Of a stretch of DNA of 64,000 nucleotides, positions 37,871-46,331 are shown piece by piece. Under the pieces are notes generated by a model. It did not search any database. It saw only the letters and a list, made by a program, of their open reading frames with translations, and had not been told where the DNA came from. Position 1 is the stretch's first letter. The number at the start of each line of letters is the position of its first letter. The position numbers and the translations under genes were made by a program. The stretch is from Macrostomum lignano (taxonomy: Eukaryota), in contig NIVC01002678.1 in assembly GCA_002269645.1 (NCBI GenBank), positions 62,001-126,000 on the forward strand. The letters run 5' to 3'.

Positions 37871-38322
37871 ACGCGTCAACTTTAGTATATACGAGTGGAA
37901 CTCCTCCTTCGGAGGAGAAAGGGGAAGAACTCCCATCACCGGAATTCCATTCCCTGAATTATCCATCAACTGAAATTCCATGTCTTGAACCCCATCTTCC
38001 AAATCGTCTCCAAATTCTTTACAAACCTTTCAAAGACCATAGCTCAAAGACTCTTACGTCTCTCATATCTACTCTCTCCTCTCTTCGCTATTATCGTGAC
38101 TCTCTTCTCTCTCCTCTCTCTCATCTCATCTCTACCCCTACTTCCTTATTTATCTCTTCTTCCTCGTCTTTCGTCTGTACCCCCTCCTGTCTCCTCTGTT
38201 CTCTGTTCTATCACATCTCTATTCTTCACTTCTGTCTCCTGTCTCCTCTCTTCTCTCTTATCTCTCCTTCTTCTCTTCTCTCTCATATGTCATCTCTACT
38301 CACTTATCTATCGTCTCTCTTA

Positions 38323-38405
<83 letters not shown>

Positions 38406-40670
38406 TCTCATTTCTTATATCTCATATACGGTCTCAGACTCTACTTTCTTGTCTCCCATCTTTCTTTCCTCCTTTCCACTACCCCCCGTCTCTTCTCTTC
38501 TCTCTTTTCTAATCTCTAATCTCTTCTCTCTTATGTTCTCACTCATCTCTTCTCCTCGCATCTCTCATCTCTCCTCTCCTCACTACTTCCCTCTCTTAAC
38601 TCTCTCATCTCTGATTTTTCATCTCTCTCCTCTCTCCTCTCGCTCTTTTCCTTTCGCTTCTCTCTCCTCCCTCTCCTCTCATCTCTACTACTTTATTTAT
38701 ATCTTCTCCCTCGTCTTTCGTCTCTACTCTCGTCTGTCTCCTTTCTCCCCTTTTTTCTCCTCTTTTCTCTCTTCTCTCTCCGCTCCTCTCTCATCTCTCA
38801 TCCCTCATCTCACTCTTTCTTTCTCCTATTATCTCTCTTGTCTCCCTTTGCTATCTCATATATCCACTCTTATCTCCTCTCTCCTCTTCGCTTTTCTGTC
38901 CTTCGTTCCCGCCTTAATCCCCTCTTCTCTCCAATCTGTCATGTCTAATCTCTCCACTCATTTCTACTCTGTTTTCTACCATCTCATATCTCTTCTCTTT
39001 TCATTCTTCTTTTTATTCTCTTCTCTGACTGATTGAAGATGCCAAATCAATCAAGATCCTCTCCGCGAAGCAGAAATCCTGTCCGTGCAACTGAAAACCA
39101 TCGAAATCCTCTCCGTGAAACTGAAGAGAATCGAAATCCTCTCCGCGAAACAGAAATCCTCTCCGTGAAACTGAAAACCATCGAAATTCTTTCTTTTAAA
39201 CTGGACTCAATCGAAATTTTCTCCGTCAAAAAGAATAAATATCAGGATTCATTGGTTATTGTTAAGGGTTAGGGTTAGGGTTAGAGCTACACACAGCTGC
39301 GTGTTCAAATAAAAAATGAACCAATTGAATCAATTGATTGCGCAACCGATTTCACAGTCAGTCAGTATCAGTCTCAGTTAAAGTTAGCAAAAAAATTGCG
39401 CAATCTAAATCAACCCTCCAGTACACAGAGACCGACCCCTTTTCAATACGCAGTGGCAGTTAGAAATTGAACCTCAAACTTTTGGGGGCATTGAACAAAA
39501 AAATGAGTACAATCTTTGCATAAAGCTAAAAGTATGGAAATGGTTTTTTGAAACATTTTATATCCTCGAACTCAGCGTTGCAAGATCTTTTCAGCAGTAT
39601 AAGTCTCTTCTCTTAAAGTTTAGAACTCGAAGAGCAGTTAGCGTTTGAAAGTTCCCGTTTTAAAGCATTGAAATGTCGCGTGTACGTTCACTGCCTGCCA
39701 AAGAGGCTCGCAAGTTTATTCATTTACTACACAGGCCGGCTATTACACAGGGCAGCCTATTGAAAGGCACAGATAATAAAACAAAATTGATGGCGCAACT
39801 GATTTCACAGTATGTCAGTATCAGTCTCAGTTACAGTTAACAAAAAGATTGCGCAATCTAAATCAACCCTCCAATACACAGCGCCCGACCGCCTTCCACT
39901 ACGCAGTGGCAATTAGCAATTGAACCCCCCAAATTTATCTCTGACCTATCGCAAAAATAAGTACAATCTTTGCAGCAAGTTAAAAGTAAAAGTAATAAAA
40001 TCGTTTTTTGAATGCTGTGCTTTTAATTTTTACAGTTAAAGCAAACAACTTATATCCCTGAACTCAGCGTTGCAAGATCTTTCCAGCAATATAAGTCTCT
40101 CCTCTCAAAGTTCAAAAATCGAGCAACAGTTAGCATTTGAAACTTTCTGATTTAAAGCATTGAAATATCGAGTGTACGTTCACTGCCTGCTAGAGAGGCT
40201 CGCAAATTGATGCATTGAATTTCACTGTCCGCCAGTTAGCTAGGGTCCAAGTGTACACACGCCGCCACTGAGAACGCTCCTATCCCCCACTGGAGAGAAA
40301 ATACACTGCCAAGTTAGCAAAATTTTATGGCGCAATCACTTAAAATTCATGCAAATTTTCAGCTCCAAGCAGAAAGAGGGGACAATTAAGATTATCAAAG
40401 GTCAAGACCGCCGTTTTCTGCTTTTTTGAGGATCTTAGAAATTAAAATTTCAGAATTAAAATAGCCTATAGCCGACCTCGGATAATTTCCAATCTTCCCA
40501 TATAAGTTTCAACGCTGAGTTGGCACTATTCAAGGAGGAGTTGTCGAAATGACAGACAGACATACAGACAGACATACAGACAGACATACAGACAGACAAA
40601 CAACGCGTCAACTTTAGTATATATAGATAGATAGATAGATAGAGATAGATATAGATAGAGAGAAAGAAGA
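22165..40670 (-). mobile_element. Non-autonomous Helitron family D, long units (2.6-3.0 kb) interspersed with three 3'-truncated units of about 575 bp
   Basis: Long units: 22165-24803, 24804-27605, 27606-30630, 31203-33936, 34516-37314, 37892-40670. Short units: 30631-31202, 33937-34515, 37315-37891. Each long unit runs hairpin, CT-rich block, GAAACTGAA minisatellite, (TTAGGG)n, 2-3 copies of a module of about 490 bp, (GACA)n, then the 5' end. Confidence 0.8.
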
Positions 40671-41184
40671 TTGAATCTCGACCCGTCCTAACTATTGCTA
40701 TTTACACTCAGCCCAAGCCCAACCCCCCCATTCTGATTAAATTAACTGCACCCCCAACACGCGGAGGTTTTATTTGCATTTGCACCCACCCCCCCCCCTC
40801 CCCCCAAATACACAGCGACCCGCGGGCGGAGGTTGGGGTGGCTATTTTTACAAACAGACTGCAACCCCTCTACTGGAGAGACAGAGTGGCCACAGGAGGG
40901 CCAAAGAAGGTTAGGAAATTAGTTTTCTGCTTTTTTAGGGATCTCAAAATGAGAAAATGAAATATTAAAATAGCTATAAACCCAGTCCGGAAAATTTGCA
41001 GTTTTCCCATATAAGTTTCAACGCTGACTTGCCAGTAGTTTAGGAGAAAAATTGCAACACACATACATACAGACAAACAAACAAACATCGCACCACTTTT
41101 AGTATTAAGAAGAAAATTGCAACACACATACATACATACAAACAAACAAACATCGCACCACTTTTAGTATTAAGAAGAAGAAGA
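40671..41184 (-). mobile_element. 3'-truncated family D unit plus a duplicated 5' terminus of about 70 bp
   Basis: 40671-41110 repeats 20399-20836; 41114-41184 re-duplicates the terminal segment; ends in TCTTCTTCTTCTTAATACTAAAAG. Confidence 0.8.
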
Positions 41185-41222
41185 TAATTAGAATAAATGA
41201 TGAATGCTTTGGTGCTGCTACA
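41185..41222 (-). repeat. 3' LTR of Gypsy A, right piece (38 bp)
   Basis: TAATTAGAATAAATGATGAATGCTTTGGTGCTGCTACA equals 45553-45590. Confidence 0.95.
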
Positions 41223-41240
41223 AGATACTCCCCCTTCCCC
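41223..41240 (-). other. Polypurine tract of Gypsy A
   Basis: Minus strand GGGGAAGGGGGAGTATCT immediately before the 3' LTR. Confidence 0.8.
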
Positions 41241-41383
41241 ATAACGGAGTACTTCTAGGATTAAAACAACGAATTAACAGGAGGGAAATTTGGGGTAACA
41301 GATTCATGGCGCTACTTCTCTAGAATCAAATTGTCAAGTGTAATCAAGGAGTGTAGAATCAAGTCAAGTCAAGAAGTGTAGTA

Positions 41384-44300
41384 TCAAGGTGTAAAATATT
41401 TTATCGACGGCTGAGAGGCAAATCGAACATGGCGAAAACTTCTTGAACGAGTATTAGCGGCTGGTGAATCATTAGGCGGAGCAGTAGGCTCTGGAAGGGT
41501 CTCCGGTGGCGGCGGCGGTAGCGTAGCTGGTTTAAGTCGGTCGATTGACACTGTGGTGGGCCGGCCGTTGATCTCTAGCGTCATTGTTGTTTCATGTCTG
41601 CTAAGAACAGCGAACGGGCCTTGATAAGGTGCTTCAAGCGGACGCCTCACGCGATCTAACCGTAGCCACACGTGTGTGCAGGAGTCCAGCGCGGTCGGCA
41701 TATGGGTGGGGACCGGACGAGTTCGCGGTAGGCGGTAGGGGAAAAAAAATTGGTGGAGCTTGGTCGATAGCTCTGTCAGAGTCGAAGTGTCGGCCACTAC
41801 TTGCGGAACCATGGGTTGCTCTCCAGTAACAAGTGAGAAAGGTGATGATCCGGTTTCGTCCGCAAAGATACGCATTCCAAGAAGAACGAGAGGCAGTTGG
41901 CTCAACCAGTATTTTCCGCGTGCTTTTAGGCCCGTCTTCAACGTTCTATGAGCGCGTTCGACGATGCCGTTGGCTCGCGGATTGTATGAAGAAGTTCGGA
42001 TATGGTGAATCCCCAGGTGCTGCGTCAGGTTTTTCATGAGCTCGGCTCGGAACTGCGTCCCTTGGTCGCTAATCAATGTAAGCGGTGGTCCGAAGCGGGC
42101 AATCCAGGATGCTAGGAAAGTCCGCGCGACGGTCTCAGCCGTGGTGTCCATGACGGGAGTAGCCTCGATCCAGCGTGTGTATGAATCCACCATGGTCAGC
42201 AGGTATCGGGGTTTTGGTCCAACCGCGTCGGATTCGGGCGGCGTCAATGGTCCGACTAGGTCGATGTGCACCGTCGTGAATCGTTGCGATGGTACTGGTA
42301 ACTGGTGGAGCGGCCGGTGAATATGCTTGCTAACTTTGCATTGCTGGCAGCGCTCACATTCAGTGACCCACTTCTTGATGTCGGCGAACATATTAGGCCA
42401 GAAAAAACGGTATCCGACAAGCCTCTGTGTCGCTTTTACTCCCGGGTGCGCCAAAGTGTGTAGCGAATCAAACACTTTTCGGCGAAGCGGTCCTGGTACT
42501 TCAGGGCGTGGGTTGGCTTGTGAAGTCTCGCAGCGAAGCGGGCACTCTGGGATTCCGATGTCAAAGTGCTTGAACTGGCCGGCCGGAGTGTCTTCAGGCG
42601 TTAGATCTTTCTGAGCTCTTGCAATAGCCGGAAGGTCAACGGCTGTTGGGACATCTTCTAAGAGTCGCACGTTGTTGGTCTGGGTAACTGAGGATGGTTC
42701 TGGACGAGACAGTGCGTCGGCTACTACGTTGTCTTTACCGGCGATGTATACAATGTCGAGAACGTACTCAGTTATCGCTGAAAGTTGGCGCTGTTGGCGG
42801 TCAGAGAAACGCTGTTTCCGATTCTTGAAAGCTCCCACGATTGGCTTGTGGTCACAGAACACCGTGACAGGGCGACCTTGGACCATGTGCTTCCAGGTTT
42901 TGACGGCGGCGAAAATAGCCAGTAGTTCTCTGTCGAACGTGCTGTAGGCTCTCTCGGTATCCGACAGTTTGTGCGAGTAAAAAGCTAGGGGTGCAGACTT
43001 GTCGTCTACCACTTGATGTAGGGCTGCGCCTAAGGCCGTTGAGCTTGCGTCCGTAGTGATAGTGAGCGTTGCGCTAGGTTCGGGGAACGCTAAAGTTACG
43101 GCCTCAGCCAGGCTGTTTTGAAGCAGTTTCCAAGCTTCGTCATGCTGGTTCGTCCAGACGAACTGACTCGAACTGACGAGTTGGCGAAGAGGCTGTACTA
43201 CTTGGGCGTATGCGGGGATGCAACGTTGGTAGAAACCAAACATTCCCAGATAGCGCTGGAGCGTCTTTTGATCGGTCGGGGCCTGCAGTTTGCGAAGGGC
43301 CTCCACTCGAGTGGGAAGTGGCTTGATTCCCTCGGCTGATACGAGGTATCCCAGAAATTCCACTGAGTCTCGGAAGAACTGACACTTCGCTGCGTTAACC
43401 CTCAGACCTTTGTCCGTTAGACGCTGAAGGATGGCTTGCAGATGTTGCTCGTGTTCTTGTCGAGAAGTGCTGTGCACTAGGATGTCGTCGATGTATGAAA
43501 CGACAAAGGGGAAATCTCGAAAGATTGCGTCGACGAACCTCTGGAACGTGCTAGCTGCGTTGCGCAGTCCGAAGGGCATTCGAAGGTATTCGAAAGATCC
43601 AAAAGGGGTGCAGATTGCGGTCTTTTCTATCGCGTCTTCAGCCATGGGGACGAAGGGATAGGCCTTGACGAGGTCAAGGGTGCTGAATACTTTCGACCCA
43701 TGCAGCTGGTTGTGGAAGTGGTTAATGTTCGGTATGGGGTACCGATCGGGCTTGGTCACGGCGTTCAAAGCTCGATAGTCACCACAAGGGCGCCAAGATC
43801 CGTCTTTTTTTCTCACCATATGAAGGGGCGATGCCCACGGGCTGGAAGATGGTCGGACGATTCCGAGTCGAAGCAGCTTGTCAAACTCTTCCTTTGCAAC
43901 ATTGAACTTTTCCGGTGACAGTGGTCGTGGTCGGCAGAAGATCGGCTCGCCTTCCGTTTCGATCGGATGTCGGACGCCTGTTGCGGATGGGGTCGTGTAG
44001 TCGGGCGCCTCTAGTACGCGTGGAAACTGGGTGAGCGGGTTTGATGGTTCCATTTCCGTTGTCACGTTGATTTGTGGAACTGGATCGGAAGAGCAGTTCA
44101 GGGCTGTGGATAATTCCGTTACTGGGTCTGTGATGCGTCTCGACTTAAGGTCGATGATCAAACCGAACTTTACGAAGAAATCCGCTCCGAGAATCGGTGC
44201 CGTATTAGTGACGATGAATGTTGCTGGGTATGGTCGCCGGAGCCCCGGAATAGAGAGAGTCAGGCAGCATTGTCCAAAGGTACGGATCTCGTGTCCACCA

Positions 44301-44599
44301 ATGCTGCGCAACTTCACGGGTGTCGGAGTAAGCAGATTTTGAGGGACGTACTGTAGAGGCAGGAGTGACCGTTCGGCTCCAGTGTCAACAATAAATGAAA
44401 CCATGGTGCGAAGAACGTTGCAACGGAGTAACAAAGTGGTGGCCTTGCTCTGGTCACGGGTCGGCCAGGGCACGTGACCGACTAGTTTGAAGCACTTTCT
44501 AGAGTTGGGCTGTTTGCACGCGAGTGATCTGGTGTTGTCTGGCGGCTGCTGAGCATCGTTGTGGGTTTGGGACCGGGCCATTTGCACCAAGGTCGGCAC
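41384..44599 (-). CDS. pol: Gypsy Pol (protease, RT, RNase H, integrase), intact, in the -1 frame relative to gag
   Basis: IVDTGAERSLL; WRPCGDYRALN; YIDDILV; TTDASS...DHKPI; HPGVKAT...CERC; DLVGP, ISDQGTQF, NGIVERAH; PYQGPF. Confidence 0.97.
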   Translation of the reverse strand: MPTLVQMARSQTHNDAQQPPDNTRSLACKQPNSRKCFKLVGHVPWPTRDQSKATTLLLRCNVLRTMVSFIVDTGAERSLLPLQYVPQNLLTPTPVKLRSIGGHEIRTFGQCCLTLSIPGLRRPYPATFIVTNTAPILGADFFVKFGLIIDLKSRRITDPVTELSTALNCSSDPVPQINVTTEMEPSNPLTQFPRVLEAPDYTTPSATGVRHPIETEGEPIFCRPRPLSPEKFNVAKEEFDKLLRLGIVRPSSSPWASPLHMVRKKDGSWRPCGDYRALNAVTKPDRYPIPNINHFHNQLHGSKVFSTLDLVKAYPFVPMAEDAIEKTAICTPFGSFEYLRMPFGLRNAASTFQRFVDAIFRDFPFVVSYIDDILVHSTSRQEHEQHLQAILQRLTDKGLRVNAAKCQFFRDSVEFLGYLVSAEGIKPLPTRVEALRKLQAPTDQKTLQRYLGMFGFYQRCIPAYAQVVQPLRQLVSSSQFVWTNQHDEAWKLLQNSLAEAVTLAFPEPSATLTITTDASSTALGAALHQVVDDKSAPLAFYSHKLSDTERAYSTFDRELLAIFAAVKTWKHMVQGRPVTVFCDHKPIVGAFKNRKQRFSDRQQRQLSAITEYVLDIVYIAGKDNVVADALSRPEPSSVTQTNNVRLLEDVPTAVDLPAIARAQKDLTPEDTPAGQFKHFDIGIPECPLRCETSQANPRPEVPGPLRRKVFDSLHTLAHPGVKATQRLVGYRFFWPNMFADIKKWVTECERCQQCKVSKHIHRPLHQLPVPSQRFTTVHIDLVGPLTPPESDAVGPKPRYLLTMVDSYTRWIEATPVMDTTAETVARTFLASWIARFGPPLTLISDQGTQFRAELMKNLTQHLGIHHIRTSSYNPRANGIVERAHRTLKTGLKARGKYWLSQLPLVLLGMRIFADETGSSPFSLVTGEQPMVPQVVADTSTLTELSTKLHQFFFPYRLPRTRPVPTHMPTALDSCTHVWLRLDRVRRPLEAPYQGPFAVLSRHETTMTLEINGRPTTVSIDRLKPATLPPPPPETLPEPTAPPNDSPAANTRSRSFRHVRFASQPSIKYFTP

Positions 44600-45324
44600 G
44601 TACGGGCTTGTGAAGCGTAGAATAGATGGCCATTACAGATCTTAGGTCTCTTACGATAGGATCGCTGTTGCCGGTGATCTCCTTCGTACGCCTGCCTAGG
44701 CTTGAACGCGCCGTGCGGTCTTGAATCCCTGGCTTCGGACGTGCGCTGAATGGGTAAAAACGGAGTTCGGCTGCCCGCGACGGCTAACATGCTGTCGGCG
44801 ATTTTGGCGAAGTCTTCTAGCGGAGATTTTTCATGACCGACCAACGCAGAACGGATGTGCGTTGGGAGCGCCGTGAGCAGGCGTGACTTGATGATAGACT
44901 CGTCGGCTGCTAAACCCACTTCGATGAAGCGGCGCTTAATGTCAGTTACCAATTGCGAAGGGCGTTTGTCGCCGAGTTCTACTGCTGCAAGGGCTTCCTC
45001 GATACGCTGGTGGCGGTTGGCGCGCAGTGAGTCTAGAACAGCTGTTTTGAGTCGGTTGTATTCGACGATGTCTATGTCGATGTAGCAGGCAACATCCTCC
45101 GGGAGAGCGGCCAGTGCGTGGTGGAATTTGGTGCTGGCAGAGCTGATTCCAGCCAGGGTAAATTGTGATTCGAGTTGGCGGAACCAAATCTCGGGTGCTT
45201 GACGGTAGAACGGCGGTGGTCTAATTGTGGCGCGTTGTACCGACGCTACCGGTTCCGGTATGGCGTTCTCCGAAGAAGCTGCTGGAGTGTCTGATGTAGG
45301 TTGTTGACGTTGGGTGTCTTCCAT
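44482..45324 (-). CDS. gag: Gypsy Gag
   Basis: PPPFYRQAPEIWFRQLESQF...KFHHALAAL, LGDKRPSQL and a C-terminal CxxHxxY...C..WC motif. First ATG is at 45324; the ORF track uses an upstream GTG. Confidence 0.9.
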   Translation of the reverse strand: MEDTQRQQPTSDTPAASSENAIPEPVASVQRATIRPPPFYRQAPEIWFRQLESQFTLAGISSASTKFHHALAALPEDVACYIDIDIVEYNRLKTAVLDSLRANRHQRIEEALAAVELGDKRPSQLVTDIKRRFIEVGLAADESIIKSRLLTALPTHIRSALVGHEKSPLEDFAKIADSMLAVAGSRTPFLPIQRTSEARDSRPHGAFKPRQAYEGDHRQQRSYRKRPKICNGHLFYASQARTCRPWCKWPGPKPTTMLSSRQTTPDHSRANSPTLESASN

Positions 45325-45355
45325 TGTCGTAGTCGTCGAGTGTTGGGATTGCACG

Positions 45356-45366
45356 CTCTGCTACCA
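45356..45366 (-). other. Primer-binding site (initiator tRNA-Met type)
   Basis: TGGTAGCAGAG lies 3 nt inside the 5' LTR and is complementary to the CUCUGCUACCA 3' end of animal tRNA-iMet. Confidence 0.75.
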
Positions 45367-45369
45367 ATT

Positions 45370-45590
45370 TGTAGCGTTAGGTTACCGCTACAAGCTTACG
45401 AGTGTATGTGGCACTTCGAAGATAGCTAGCAAAAGCGGGAGGCTTTTTAGTATATTTTGTCATTGCGTTGGGGGCTATTTAGCGCTGGGGCGAACGAATA
45501 GTACAGAAGTGTCTATGGGTGAACTAAAGCGATTGGAATATAGAATAAGAAATAATTAGAATAAATGATGAATGCTTTGGTGCTGCTACA
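45370..45590 (-). repeat. 5' LTR of Gypsy A (221 bp)
   Basis: TGTAGC...GCTACA inverted termini, adjacent to the PBS. Confidence 0.95.
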
Positions 45591-45645
45591 AGTAATTTTC
45601 CAACTCCAAAGTAAATGTAATCTGACAAAACGACTGACATTCTGT

Positions 45646-46145
45646 TTCATATTACATGCTACTTCATAGGGCATGCTATTTCTTGACATGCTATTTCATA
45701 TAACATGCTATTTCATGACATGCTATTTCTTATAAAATGCTACTTCATGACATGCTATTTCATATAAAATGCTATTTCATGACATGCTATTTCATATAAA
45801 ATGCTATTTCATGACATGCTATTTAATGACATGCTATTTCATGACATGCTATTTAATGACATGCTATTTCATGACATGCTATTTCATATAAAATGCTATT
45901 TCATGACATGCTATTTAATGACATGCTATTTCATGACATGCTATTTCATGACGTGCTTTTTTATGACGTGCTATTTTATGACGTGCTATTTTATGACGTG
46001 CTATTTCATGACGTGCTATTTCATATAAACTGCTATTTCATGACATGCTATTTATTGACATGCTATTTCATATGACATGCTATTTCATGACATGCTATTT
46101 CAAATGACATGCTATTTCATATGACATGCTATTTCATTACATGCT
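45646..46145. repeat. 15-bp minisatellite GACATGCTATTTCAT, resuming at 50533-50565
   Basis: Dozens of variant copies, interrupted by Gypsy B. Confidence 0.92.
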
Positions 46146-46331
46146 TGTGGTATCCCCAGACTAATTGTTCATTTCATTTATCTATGCTTGTACCATAGAG
46201 TATTCTATTCTTTATATTACACGCGACCGCCAAGAGAAACTTTATATTGCTTGGCCACACGAACACCACATTGGTGGCAGCGGTGAAAAGAGAAAAGCTA
46301 CGGATGTACTATTGAGAAAATACCTCGCAGG

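Larger units (their letters stand above)
4188..41184 (-). mobile_element. Composite head-to-tail Helitron array, about 19 units from at least 4 families
   Basis: Minus strand reads ctaattA|TCTTC...hairpin...CTAG|Tttctt with no TSD. Hairpin plus CTAG/CTCG ends at 4188, 8287, 10414, 12541, 14982, 16892, 19547, 20837, 22165, about 24804, 27606, 31203, 34516 and 37892. Every end after 4188 abuts a TTTAGTAT...(GA) 5' terminus of the neighbouring unit. Confidence 0.9.
4005..45590 (-). mobile_element. Ty3/Gypsy LTR retrotransposon A, full length, with its 3' LTR split by a 37-kb Helitron stack
   Basis: TG...CA 221-bp LTR at 45370-45590. The same LTR is recovered by joining 4005-4187 and 41185-41222. 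AGTA lies on both flanks (4001-4004, 45591-45594). PBS, PPT, gag and pol are all present. Confidence 0.95.

Noticed and set aside
22253-39036. Long Leu/Ser/Phe-rich ORFs (up to 399 aa) that resemble membrane proteins
   Set aside because: These are translations of CT-rich low-complexity tracts, which lack stop codons by composition.
4188-41184. Helentron/Helitron2 assignment or a true integron
   Set aside because: The termini are TC...hairpin-CTRR type at A|T, no apurinic endonuclease or subterminal inverted repeats were seen, and there is no tyrosine recombinase or attC sites.
45801-46075. MLFHD/CYFMT-repeat ORFs
   Set aside because: Translations of the 15-bp minisatellite.
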